In this document: positions 1 through 13,400 of the stretch, piece after piece
Layout: the number at the start of each line of letters is the position of its first letter
Numbering within the stretch: the first letter of the stretch is position 1
Source of the DNA: Camelus ferus
Lineage: Eukaryota
Assembly: GCF_009834535.1 (NCBI RefSeq)
Contig: NC_045696.1
Location: forward strand, 15,440,001-15,504,000
Reading direction: 5' to 3'
Length of the DNA: 64,000 nucleotides
Translations under genes and position numbers: made by a program
The notes under the pieces: model-generated
What the model saw: the letters and a program-made list of their open reading frames with translations, nothing else
Databases searched by the model: none
What the model was told of the DNA's origin: nothing

Positions 1-689
1 ACGAAGTTGGTATGCGGTGCCCGTTCTCTTCCCTGGCCAAATCAAACACTTGTAACAGCTGCAATAGGAACCAGAAGACTTGGCAGTTAATCCCAGATTT
101 CTCCTGGTTCAGATGTGCCATTGGGGATTACATTTGTTTACATTTGCCCTTTTAGGGTTAACTAATAAGAGAGAAGGAAAGCGAAGTCAGGCACACACAG
201 TCGATATTTCCTTTCCGACAGTGCCTTTAAAAGTTTAAGAGAAATTCGCTACTGCCACTGGCTTTGTAAGCATCCGTAAGTGACTCTTAGAATTTGTTAC
301 AGTTGGCTATGGCACGCAGAGATGTTTCTGTTAGCAGTTACTCCATTGACTCATCCAGGGGTAATCAGTTTACACAGAAATGCATCAGGTTTTATTCCAC
401 TGTGAGTGAGAACAGTCTGCTCCTGTCAAAGGTAATCAATAGCTTATGGGCAACATTCCTGTCTGGTTTTATAGCAAAGCAAGTGGAACAAAACCTCACA
501 GTCATCGGGGTTTGTTTTAAAATGTCTCTTCCCTGGTTTGTTTGTCATAAGAAACTCACCTAAATCCTAACACTAGTAATTTAGGACGGAGTTGATGGTT
601 GAGAAACATCTCCTCAATTAGGAATATGTATTTCTTAACCATTGACCTAGTCTACTAGGTATGTAAGAAGTTTAGTACTTAGACACGTG

Positions 690-835
690 AGAATTAGACG
701 CATCCAGATTCAGCTCTTTCTGAAGTGTCTTCTACCTGTGTCACGGTGGTCTTACTATTTAAACTCTCTAAGCTTCAGTTTTCATACCTGAAATATAAGA
801 ATGACAGTGTATATTTCATTGAGTTTTTAGGGGCC
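690..835 (+). mobile_element. MIR SINE fragment
   Basis: Degenerate MIR core: tttaaactctctaagcttcagttttcatacctgaaatataagaatga. Confidence 0.6.
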
Positions 836-907
836 ATGTGTAGGTTATAGTTATTATTTATATCCATATCCACGTCTGTTTTGGTTTTTAACTAGTTCAT
901 TTACTTT

Positions 908-1063
908 ATATATTTTTTTAACTATAGTCAGTTTACAATGTTGTGTCAATTTCTCGTGTTCAGCACGATGCTTCAGTACTATAGAAACATACATATATTC
1001 ATTTTTATATTCTTTTTCACCATAAGTTACTACAAGATATCAAATATGGTTCCCTGTTCTATA
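908..1063 (-). mobile_element. 5'-truncated L1 3' end
   Basis: Reverse complement of the L1 3' tail family seen at 44.0-44.1 kb. Flanked by direct repeat CATTTACTTT (898-907 and 1064-1073). Confidence 0.8.
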
Positions 1064-4000
1064 CATTTACTTTTTAATATATCACCTTTTAGCATTATCT
1101 TTTGGGGGCAAAGTATGGTTTGATAATTATTGTACTTTTCTTTGCTATATTTGATTAAACAGATTTAGTTTTCTTCAGCCAAAATCATCATTTTTAAATA
1201 GAAATTAAAACTTTTTTTTTCCATATTCCTCATAAGCAGAGAAAGTTTCACAATGTGTTGATTTTGGGCTGCTATGTTTTCTTTGGGGACTTAAAATAAC
1301 TTCACATCAAAAGTATAATTGCATAAGTCGGTGTATCAGAGCAGTAAAATAGAAATCAGTAGTTAAATTCCAATTCTCTTGTGTTAATCATGACCTTAGT
1401 TTTCTTAACTGACGCCCTTGGGCCATCTAAGCAGAAAAAACCACAAACATAACCACAAAACCACCAATAGCATCACTGATAATAATTCAGTTTAACCCTT
1501 TATTAATTGAGCACCTTTAGCTTCAAGATGGAGTCCCAGCTCTGTTTCCATGTCCTGTTTTATCAGAGGCAAGAGATTCAGATGCTCCATCTCCATATCT
1601 TCCCTAGTAGGTGGAATCAATGAGGCACAGCTCCCTGGTGGCTGCACTAGAAGACCTGGTGTGCCTGGAAATGTTTTTAAAACACAAACCCCATTCCGTG
1701 TGAACTTCAGGGTTGGCGTTGTGTCTTCACCTCTCTCTCACTCATGCCTGTTCAACTAACTGATAAAAATTCAGCCTAACTTTGATTCTTCATCAATGTT
1801 TATTAGATATCTATGTGTGTACAGGAATGAGTGGGAGAAACACAAGAAGCCTCCAAGACAACATTCCACTTTTGCAGCAAAGCTAAGAATTAGTTCAAAT
1901 ACTCAAGAGCATTGTAATTACGTAGCTAGAGATGATTTTAAAAGTGTGCCAGTAGTTCATCAGCATTATTCAGAGTGGGAGAAGTCCCATAGGAAAAGTT
2001 CCCAGCCCTGGGCAGGCAGAGGCTGGTTCGTCTCAGACCAAGCAGAGGAATGATGAGAAAGAAGAGACAGAGAAGAATTGTGGCGTCAACTGTCCATATG
2101 ATTATGAGCCCTAAATCCTGACCTTCTAAAGAAGAGATTACAGATTCCATGAAGGAAGAGCGATTTTCTTCCTTCAATCCTCTAGTGATTTATTTTCACA
2201 CATTGACAGCATCTGGGAGCTTTCTTTGTAAGGGAACCACTGTGGCAGTAAATATAGCTTCTTTGAGGCTGCATTGACCCTGAGGGCAACTGGACTGGAA
2301 TGAAGAATCTTCCAGCATTTCCCAGCCCTCCTGAGTTCCTAAACCAAGAGTTCACATAGGCAGACAAAGCAGTGAGAGAAGTCGGAAGCTGGATGCTGGT
2401 GAGAACAGAAGTTTTATTAAAACTATGTACAATATGAACTTTTCTTCATACTATGAGGATATTGGACATAGTTTTAAGAGAACAATGCAGGAGAAATGTC
2501 GGTTTCTATGCAGAAAAAAATCTAACCTAAATCTTTGATGTGTAACTACGCTGTGTGCCCTTTCGTTTCTTGGTTGGATCATTTCTATTTACTTCTTTAG
2601 AATTCTCTGTCAGTCATTCTCCAGTCAAACAGTGCCTACTTAATGTCCCTTTTTGTGTTACGTATGGCCTAATCTGAGAAGTTTAAGGTCCGGGGATAGG
2701 GGATATGGATTTAATTTCCCTTTCATAAAGGGATCTGGCTTTCGTTCACTTCATTTTCTAATTGTTTTATTATTCTTTAATTTCACTTCTTGCCTAAATA
2801 TTGTGAACATGTGTTATAAAGTATGAGCTTTAAAAACTTTAGAGAAGATAACCTTACAAAATATTTCCCAATCATCTGTATGCGATTACAGAGCTTTGCC
2901 TCTGCAGGCAGTGGGATCTTGGGTAATACAGCTCGCTGTTCTGTTTCCAGCTCTTTATTTTTAGCTCCTTGCTTGAAACCATCAGCTCAAATTAACTCTG
3001 CTCTGGATTCTAATTCTACTCTGTTCTTATGTAATTTCCTCCCTTCCCTTTTATTAGACATTTACTACTTTCCAGATTTGGAGGTTATATATTCAGGCTA
3101 CATATGGTGATAAAATGACGTCGTGAAACCTCGATCTTGCTAGAGTGTTTTGAATTTGCTTGTCCCATTCCAAAATGAGCAACTTGCTTCATGCACACAG
3201 TATAAAGATGTTACTGTGTTCAATACATAAGTTGTTGAGAAAATTTCCAGACTATTCCCATGATTTTTCTACTTTATTTTTTCTGTAAGCAGTAAAAGGA
3301 TATATTTGATGAAAAATAACACTTTCATCAGCCAACTTAAGGTTTCTCATAGGATGCCTCATTCCTGGCTTCCTCTTTCTATACACGGTGGTTTGAAATA
3401 CAAAGTCATTAGAGTTGAATAAAAAGCTCTTCATCCCTTTACTCCCCTTTAACCTGTTCTTTTACTCCCTCCATTTAAAAATATCCCTACCCCGAGAATT
3501 TTCACGTAAGGTAGATAAAAGCAAGCCGGAAGCCCTTATCTTGCACCTTGTCTGTCCATGATGTTAAAGTCATAATGAAGTGACTTAAACGAACAGTTCT
3601 GAAAAGGGACTCTTCGTGTGCCACATGGCAATGGGAACACATCTCCTTGCCTGCTCACTCTTTCCAAAGGAGAGCTAGATTTTGGAGATACGGAGTCAAC
3701 TGATGCCAGGAAAGAGACTCTAATGAGTCTAGACTCTGCATAGGGGCGACAAATTGCCTGCCTTTTTGTTACGTTACATGTATGTCAACACTGCGTAAAT
3801 TGTTAGGACGTTTAAGAAAGCTGTTTTAAACTATCAAGAACACAATCCCCATCCCTGGGCCTTGGGTTGAGGTAAGAACATGGTTATAGCCATTTTACAA
3901 TCCAAATGTGAACCGTAGCAAGTTTCAAGTGAATGTAAGTTTACATTTGGAGTATATACTTTTAACTTGTCGAACTTTTATTATCTGCTCGTAATAATAA

Positions 4001-4934
4001 AGATTTCACCTGCTGCCCACATGGTTCTTCAACATCATAATTTTATTCATGTCGGGCCAGCTTCTAACATGCTAGAGGGAACAATCTGATTTTATTTAGA
4101 CTAATGGAATACATGATTTGCCAACATGCCGAAGCTTGGCTTTAGAGTAATTAGAAAATGTGCTAAGTGAATCTCCACCGTGAAAGATTCCAGAATGTCC
4201 TCCTAAGCTAAAGTCAAAGCCAGGTTTTCAGCTGGAAGCTGAGGAAGTGGTCGAGACACAACAGTATGGCAGCCTGTGTTTTGCTGTGGTTACAGGGAGT
4301 TCTCTGGTTGTGCTGATCTACGTGTGACTGCCCCCACAGATGATTAGATTAAACAAGGCCATGTTTTGAAAAGCTGCAGAGGCCCACGAAACACCACAGA
4401 CCAAAGGCAAGTGCACAGAATCAGATGTCAGGACTGGCTGTGAGATGTGAGGTAAAAGGAAACTCGGATTCAACTGGGTATTTACCTCCAAACCCATAGC
4501 TTTAATCAACATAAACCAAACATGTTTTTTTTTTCCTCCAGTTTGGAGCTATGCCACATTCTGGCTTTCTTGGCCCCCAGATGAAAGGCGTTTGCTACAT
4601 GTCCAGTGGCAGCATTGAGAGATTTGGTGTTTTAGCATCAGTTTGTTTGTTTGTTTTTAAATCAAATCCCAATTTTATTTCTCTAGGGGAGGCCTATAGG
4701 TTTTTCTGCCACACGTATAGAAACTCAACAGGTTGAAGATGGCATAAAATAAATATATCACACACTCAATGTGTGATGTTTTTTCCTCTTATGATTAGAA
4801 AATTTTCCCTTCTCTCCCAAATCAAGAGTCTCTAATAATATCACAATTTATCAAAAACCACTGAAGACTAGATACTCGTAAGTCAAGTTATAACAAATCC
4901 AAGTTTTCAGTGAGAACAATAAAGTCAGCTAACA

Positions 4935-5175
4935 ATCACTGCCCATTTATATTTGTTAAGCATGTATTCTAAGCACTTTGCATCTTTTATATTCTTTAAG
5001 CTTCACAAAATCCCAGGAGCTAAGTACTTTAAATGAGTCATCCAAGAGAGGAGGACACTGCCATGCAGAGAAGTTTCTAAACTAATCTAAGGTCAAAAAC
5101 TAGCATACTGCTTGGGTATAACTGGAACCCAATTCATCTGACTCCATTGCCCAAGATTTGGGTATTATCCTATAA
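4935..5175 (-). mobile_element. MIR SINE
   Basis: Reverse-strand MIR-like motifs: ttctaagcactttgcat...cttcacaa...ggaacccaattcatctgactcca. Confidence 0.6.
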
Positions 5176-6847
5176 TGACTTGACAGTGTTCATTTTGAAG
5201 GAGATAATCCTGAATTTGATTCACAAAGATATTGACTCAACTATTTATAAGGTGAAAAAAATGTGTTCTCTTCCTTCCAAATTACATCATTGATGTAAAG
5301 TTTTGCTTTTATGTTTAATGTTTTGAAATGAGGGTTTAAGAGTTTTCTCACTTCTACATAAGGACTTGTGTTTGAATAGACGTGTACCATCCAATTGTTA
5401 AGAGTTCCTGGTCCACTTCATCGAGGATTCTAGATTCTGATCCCATGTGAGCGTTTGACTCCCTTTTCAACCCCTGGCAAGACCTTCCTGCCCCCTTAAT
5501 AATCCCAGCTGGAAAATTAGGTAAAATAAAAACATGACCTCATTAAGAAACAGATGTTTCATCTGAGCTGGGCTTTCTTAAGTAAACACATTACAGAGCT
5601 TCTTGTGACATTTTTTAAGGATGTGGTGCTATGTCCCCTTGACCATTGGTCAGTTTGGGGTCAGGAGACAAGAACTTGTAATCCTGTTTAATTTACAGAC
5701 CAAAGTCTAGAAAAACAACCAAATTTACTTCCTGAGGTTAATGTTATAAGTCAGCCCTAGCTGTAATACCTGAAGCTGAGTAAGAAGCTGAACCAACGTT
5801 TTCCTCTAAAGTATTGTGCCTTTGCTCGGGGGGCACATTGTCTCAGATTTTCTAACACCAGGTTCACATGTGAATTGAAGGAGGCGAGACGCTTTTTGAA
5901 TCCACATTGTGAATATCAAAGGTGAAATGTATTTAATGAAACGTCACCCGCTTGCTAATTGAAAAAGATGATTACTGTACTAGAAAAATTATCAGGTGAC
6001 TAACTGTCTGCTATTTCTGAACTAACAACATGACTCAGACGCTTCCCCTGCAGACTTTTCTGTGACATAATTTACCATGAAATTCATTTCCTTAGCACAA
6101 TTCAGATAACTCCTTCCTGGTGTTGCTTTGTGTGATGGGCACTCCTTAGCAGGACTGCCGTGTTCATGACATGGTTTAGTATTTATTAAGAAGACATCAG
6201 TATTTTCTACAGACACACTTATAATTTACACCTTGATTTTTACTAATGATTTCGAACAAACAAGTTATAAGTTCTGGGGTCTGCATCACTTGAGGAAAAT
6301 ACTAGATTAGAGCCCTGCGTTACTCTGTACATTTCCCTCTGACTTCAGTTGTGCCTCTTTTTTTTTATTAATTTAGTAGATAAATACAAGTGCTGTTAAC
6401 AAGTGCACCCTCTTCACAACTGTGTTGGGTCCTTAACTGTGTGAGGTGAGAAGTATTTTAGCTGAGAAGTATTTTGCTGAGAATTATTTTCCAATTACAG
6501 AAAGATGCACAAAGAAAGGTAGCATTGTAAATAAGATTGCTTAACGTAGCTAAAGCATACAAACCTCTCTTCTGTCTTTTGCATGCCTCCTGATTGCAAA
6601 TGGTTCCAAATACAAAAGCTAATTCTTCCTTAAAGCCAGACTTTGGCATCTCTGCTTTAAACCCTGACCTTGAACCCTGGTTCCCTGTATCTGTATCTCC
6701 CTTATCCTATCACTAGAAGTTTTCCCGTCCTGTTTCACTCAGGGAGCTTGGCTGAACTTCCTCAGATCTCTTCATTTACCCTTCACAGTTGCCTTGACTC
6801 CTCTTCACCCTTTTCCTATGCATGGACTTGAGAAAGAAATATCTCTC

Positions 6848-6997
6848 GGGAGGAGGGTATAGCTCAGTGGTAGAGTGCATGCTTAGCATGCTTGAGGTCC
6901 TGGGTTCAATTCTCAGTACCTCCATTGAAAAAAAAAATTAAATAAGTAAATAAACCTAATTAGCCCCCTCCACCCCCCCTGAAAACAAACAAACAAA
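6848..6997 (+). mobile_element. tRNA-derived SINE (camelid Vic-1-like)
   Basis: A box TAGCTCAGTGG and B box GGTTCAATTC, A-rich run, aaacctaatta-C-rich segment, second A tail. Imperfect TSD aaagaaat(a/-)(t/-)ctct at 6833-6846 and 6998-7009. Confidence 0.85.
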
Positions 6998-9900
6998 AAA
7001 GAAATCTCTGAGTGCCTTCCTCCGTGGGGTTTTGGATTCAGTCACTCTGACTCCTTCAAAACCTCACCCCTCAACTGACTGTTTTTCATTGCTCTAAAAA
7101 CTCATCATAAAATACATTTTGATGAAAACAACAATACATTATTTTAGGAATTGTCAACATTTTCTCCAATGCTGTTTTTTATTCTCTGGGGCACGTGTGT
7201 TTAACCCCCCACTGCACTAACCCTGCCAGAGTCTGTTTGTGGGAGAAACGCACCATCTCCCATCCACACCTGTAGTTTTAAACATCTCCATGGGTGACTT
7301 AGGAACAGACTCTCACTGGTAAAAGGACAAGGTCCTAGGCGATCAGCGACATCATGATAAATTCTGATTCAACCCTTCACAACATGAAATGTATTGTTGT
7401 TTTCTGTGACGTTATATTTGACATTTCCTAGATGCTAGATTTTTCTCTGCTCATAAGCTTTTAGTATTATAGCAAGTTGTCTCTAATGTGAGTGTCCCTT
7501 TGAAATAGTTTTTGCTTTTAGATGTGTCTTGCCATGTCAAGGCTCAGAGATATGGGCAGATTTCAGCACCATGACTGAGGGATCACATTTGAAAAATCTC
7601 ACCTCTTCGGCTGTTCACAGCCTTTAGTATGCCTGTCACGTCTCTCCTGAAGAGCTTCCAAACATCCCTCACATGGCTTTTCCATTTCAATTCCTCTCCA
7701 GCCCCTGCAGGGAAATCACACAGGTCCCTCGCTGTGCCTGGTTCCAGCTACTGTGGAAGTGGCTGCCAGTTTCTCTGGGCCCTGAAATGTTCCTCAGTGG
7801 CCATGACTCTCATTGTCCTTGAGAGGGCACACCTCTCCCAGCCAGCTGCCAGACTTTCTTCATGGAGGACAGAGCATTCATCTTCCCTCCAAAGAGTCCG
7901 TCTCTCTTAAGGGACTCTCAAGCAGTCCCTTTCTGACCGACTCTTGGAGGTTCTTCCAAAATTCACATCACCTTTCAGCTCTTGCTAATGTGGAACTAAG
8001 ATTTGTTCAGGCCCAGAATGGCAATCTTATGGCCATCTAAGAATTTCTTATGTGTCTTTAGTGGCAAGTAAGATATATTGATAAATTAGTGATTTAGGGG
8101 CCAAAGGACATGCCAAAAGAATCATAAAATAGACCGAAATATTTTAAAATAAATTGTCTTTGCTTGCAGTATTGATATTTAACATGATAGACTCTACCTT
8201 TCTGTATAAAAGAAAAAAAAAATGAGATACTTGCTTAGATCCCTGAAAGAGAATTTAGTGTTTACCACATGGCTTGTATTTTATATCAGAAATCTAAAAT
8301 TTAGCCTCCAAATGAAGTGAAACTCCCTGGGTACAATCATAAAAATGCATATGAAAAACACTGTTTATTTAGATACACTTGGGGGAAAAAAAAAAAAAAG
8401 ACTGTTACTCCATTAAATAAACATGAATATCTTATGACATAGAAGGCAAAAATCACAAGTCTTTTAAATAGAAAATCTGGATTCATGTTGCAGAGGTCCC
8501 CTTAGGCCACGTTCCCTCTGTCTTCTATGCCAAGGTGGGGAAGAAAACTCAAGTGTGTAATTTCCACACAAATCCCACAGTCAGCTGATCAAGATTTTAC
8601 CTTCTCAACAAGTGTTTGATGTACTAAGTAACTTTAAGCAGTTTTGACTAGGACGTGAATGAAAGGGTCTATTTTTCTGTGAGCTGTGGATGCCATGAAA
8701 ATCTCAGCATACCACCCAAAAATTGGAGGATCCCCTGCCAGTCTTCTTTGGCATGTGATATGGGAGCTACTTTACAAACTATCATGCACGTTTATGGTCC
8801 TGACCAAATAAAGTGTGAGTGGTGGCGGGAGGGTTTCCCACAACTTGCTAGCCTTGTAAATGCTCTTGAAGTAAATAACTGCATAAATAACCTGAAAATG
8901 TGGAGCCTTAAAAGGTCACCGAGCCCTGGCCACTGAATTTCGGCCACAGAAGCAACCAGCTGCTCAGTGGACAATTTTGTTACAAGGTGTTAGTGATTTA
9001 ACAAGTTGGCCAAAAGCAGTTGGAATTTAGCATACAAAATTTCATCTCTGTTTGGGTTTTACTGTTGTACACTGGATTTTTTTCTTGGTGGAGTGGCCAA
9101 AGCTCCTGCCTTTGGCATTCAGGAACCCAGGGGGCATAGAGTCATCATTTTTCTGTAGTATTTCCCTCATACAGTTTTGGTGGTTTGTGTATAATTCTAT
9201 AAAACTTTGCAAAAAAAAAAAAACACTACTAGAATGACTTGGCTACTTTTTAGAGTCTCTACAAACTGATGTCCTGGATTTTTTTTTTTTAACAGCATTT
9301 TTAATATATTGGAGGCTGCATTATCTCCTTAGACTATGTGCAAATGAATCTTATGTAATTAAAACAAATTAGTCAGATTATAAGAATGGGGTTGAGTATT
9401 CTGTGAAATAATACCTGGCTTGCTAGAATGGAAACAGCTGTGATGGGTCGCATGTTGAGTAGTCTTAAGAACAAACACCACGCGCCGAGTGGTTTTGGAC
9501 CATCACTTACCTTCCCATATTTGTTCTCCCTGCAAGCACTAGCACACTAGCTTTGTGTCCTTGACATCTCTTAAGTGTAAATGGGTATGTCTCCAAAATA
9601 TACCTGTGGAACTAGTAAACATTCACAGCTCACTAAATAACTAAAAGAAATGAAAGAGTGAATGAAACAAGCTTACATTTGCATGGAACCAGAAAGTTAC
9701 TAATTTCACTTCTTTCTTTTCCTCCCCTGGTCATCTCTTAGATGACTACCTATTTACTTAGCCAAGAAAGTGGAAGTCACTGACATTCAAAAACCATTTA
9801 TTCAGTGTTTGTAACTCACAGAACACTGAGTTAAATACAGGCTTTTCATACAGTGAGGGGGGGGAGATGCTCTCTGATCTCATGGGGCTTATGGTTGATC

Positions 9901-10280
9901 AGAGAAGATGGAAAATTAGACAAGCTTTCAAAATAATATGTAGTGAGGGCTATGACATAATCCCACAGTTGCCTTGCAGATTCTAGATTCTAAATAAGGC
10001 CGGTTTGTATGTATCTTTGAGCATGTGTGATCCAGATGGATTATGGGAACATCCACTCCAGTGTAATTTTTCGGTTTTCCTCTAAATGTTCACCAGAAGT
10101 GACTGCCCTAATTCCATGCGGCTTTAATTTCCCTGGGGGCCCAGTCACTGTGTGAAAATGCAGTTAAAATGAACTCATGTACGATTGGGAGTTAAAAAGC
10201 CAAGGGCTAGTATAACTGCCACGGAAAAGGAGAAATGCAGACTCCCTCATTATTTGTTCTTCATATATTCTCTCCCTTAG

Positions 10281-10448
10281 GACATCTCCTTGGCCTCTCC
10301 CATGATGATTCCAAATTCTGTGAAGAGAACTTCGGGACCACAGAAGATAAGCGCTTAATGTCTTCCATCCTGACCAGCATCGACGCATCCAAGCCCTGGT
10401 CCAAATGCACATCTGCCACCATCACGGAATTCCTGGATGATGGCCATG
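10281..10448 (+). CDS. ADAMTS5: ADAMTS5 coding exon 3 (C-terminal part of metalloprotease domain)
   Basis: Acceptor tctcccttAG, donor GTaggt, 168 bp, phase 1/1. Translates (G)HLLGLSHDDSKFCEENFGTTEDKRLMSSILTSIDASKPWSKCTSATITEFLDDGH, the second half of the HExxHxxGxxHD zinc motif plus the Met-turn. Confidence 0.98.
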
Positions 10449-13400
10449 GTAGGTAAAGTTCAGGACAGCATAGGCTCAGAAACAAAACTTGGAATTATTA
10501 CAAGTTACACTTTATTATCTCCTCATGACATCCACCTGGCCCTCTAAGACAGTAGTTACTTGGATAGTATCAGAAGAAGGATAAGAGACTGTCTGTGGGT
10601 GTGCAATGCCAACACCCTTGGTGGCATCATAGCAATGGTATTTTTGCTTTTGAATCGCAAAGTTCAAAAGAGAAGCAGTGTGGGAGACCACACAGAATGC
10701 CTCGCTAGTGCCCTGAAAGCCTGGCTTTTATTCCCCCTTTCACCACGAGCTTCCTATGAGAACGCTGGCACGTATCTTGCTTCTCTGCTATTAATGTGAC
10801 TCTCAGAATTATTTGTTACATGCCTATTATAGGGGTGTGGTTAAAATGTAGGTGACAGTTCTGTCGGATTCTCTTTATGGCGACATAAAACCAGGAGAGG
10901 AAGCTCTTTAGATTTGCATTCACTAAAAGATTTGGTTTCATCCTGACAGCAGGTTTTCCTGAAAGCGGAGTCAAAACTGCAGAACAGAAATAGAAAATCA
11001 ATCTGAATGGTGAGAAAACAGTTTAAGAACTTCAAAAGAAAATCTTTGGCTTCACTCTTTAAATACAGTTCAGGAGCATAGCGTACTTTATTAAGTTCTG
11101 TAAATCCAGGATTAGTGCTGTAAATTATATAAAAATACTGAGGAAGTCACAGTTTTTAGAAATAATAAATTCTGACCTTTAAGCAATCTTTGAAACAAGC
11201 TCTTGCTAATTTCCTAGCATTCTTTATTACCTTAAAATACTAGAAACACAGGAGAATAGTTGCATTAGGGTTGGAAGAGATCTTTGGAGACCACAGAGTT
11301 CAAGTTTCTCGTATTACAGAAGAGGACATATTCTCATGTCTTTTTTTCTTCCTCTTAAAATTTACCTCTTTAAAATTGGTGGTTGAATACGAAATTCTTG
11401 ATCACGATAATCGTTCACAAAATTAGCACATGATGTACAATTCAAAGTCGGATAAAGAAAATCTGTGATAACTGTTTTTTTCCTAGTTCCACAAAGTTTA
11501 AAGCTTAATTTTTTTGTAATTTCTTAGTAAGTTGGCCACCTTGAACTTTGGGTACATAATTACAAAACAATTGATAAATTCAATTCTTTTCAGACAAAAA
11601 GAAATTTTACCATGCAGTTCTTTGGCATCTGGTAGCCAAAATATTCACTAACTCATTTCTTGCTATGTTAATGGTGAACTGATAATGCTAATTTAGCTAC
11701 TTGGGGCTGCTTAAATTTCTATTTCCTATTCCTGAAAACAGTCCACACCCAGCTTGCTTTAAAATTTCCCTCAATACAAAATAAATGTTCTCTGTTTGTT
11801 GAAAGGATGGCCGAATATCTCAAAGATTCAGAAACAATATCAAGAATTGATGTATGAGGTTTTTCTATTCTACTACTAATAAAATGGTAATTTTCTGTTT
11901 TGCTCAGTTTAAAATGCTGATAAATGCTGATAAAGTCCTGAAATGAATGTTCACCTAATTACCCGCCTATCTACATGGGTCAAATCCCTGTTTAAGAAGC
12001 TTCCTCTTGGGTGGAATCTTAGTTTCCACTCTTAATATTACGTTCACTGTTTTTTCCCCCCAGGTTTTCTGAAAATGGAGTAACATTAATATTTTATTTC
12101 CAAATCACACATACACATTCCAAAAGGTTGAGCTAAACTCTGAATCTCTAAATGAACGAATTTAGTTGCTAAGGCAGCAAATACTTATGGCTAAAATGGG
12201 ACCAACTTTTTTTTTCCCCATATAAGTATTAGGTCAGCTAATTACAATGCTGTGCAGAATTCTGTTCCTTATTGCCATCATTCTGGAATGATTCATTTAT
12301 TTCATGTTTGTGGAATTCACGATTTTACTTTCCATGCAGTAAATAAGCTCCCAATATTGTTTTCACTTTTTAAACATTATTTCTGTATTTAAAAGAGTCT
12401 ACACTCAGATTTTTAAAAATTTTCCAGCAAGTTTTCTGTGTCTATTCTAAGTGATTTTGTGGTAGATGGCAACCAAGCCTATACTTTTACTAGAAATAGA
12501 TCTTACTCATTTGCACGGATGAAATCTTATCTGAATTCCCCGTCTGCATGATAAATAAATCAATAAATTCAGTTACCAACGCTTGTTGGACAGGAAATGC
12601 TCATCATTAATTAACTAATTAATTGTATCAAACCTAGACTCTCTCACTTTTGAATGTGTTGGTTAGACAGTCTTGTGTTTTAACCACACCACCACCCTTA
12701 CCCCCCAGATTTGAGTTTATCAGTAGCCCGTAGTGAATGAATTTCAGAATGATGAGAATCCAAGGCAGGCACAGTGGCCATGATACAGTGGCAAAGCTCA
12801 GCCGTACTCATTTCAGAAGAGCAGGCATAGACACAGAGCCAAAGGAGCAATAAATACTCCCTGTAGGGCTGTCATTTAAACTCGAACTTACATAATTTAA
12901 TAATTTTTAGATTGCAACCCAAGACAGACTTAAGTCAGTTTAAGTAAAAGTGTGGTGATGGGAACTAGTTGACATGACTTTGAGAACGGTGGAGGTTCTC
13001 ACATTGCAACCTCCGAGCTTAGGAGAGAACCAAAGGGAAATCAAAGCCCAAGATGATGGGAAAGCAAACAAACATAAGTCTTTGTTCGAAGGTCAGCCTG
13101 ATGTCATGAAACCGTGTCATCAAACCTTTTCATTTTTACTCACCCTTTCGAGCAGAGCCCATGCATTCACATTTAGTAGAAATAGTTCTGCTCTTTTTCT
13201 GTTCGAATTTTCTAGGCCCCTCACAATTTAGAGCAATAAAATGGTCATTTTGGTGGGTAGGGCACTTCAGAAAGGTAAGCTGAGAGCAAGAAGTAAACTG
13301 ACTTGACAGTGAGAGAGAAACCAGAACAGCTGGAAAATGTTAGCCCTAAAACAGTAAAAGCACAGTGGTCTGGCCCCATTTCCCAGAAGGTCAAAAACTC

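Noticed and set aside
6853..6925. tRNA-like sequence as a real tRNA gene
   Set aside because: A-rich tail, TSD and a second diverged copy at 27887 mark it as a SINE.
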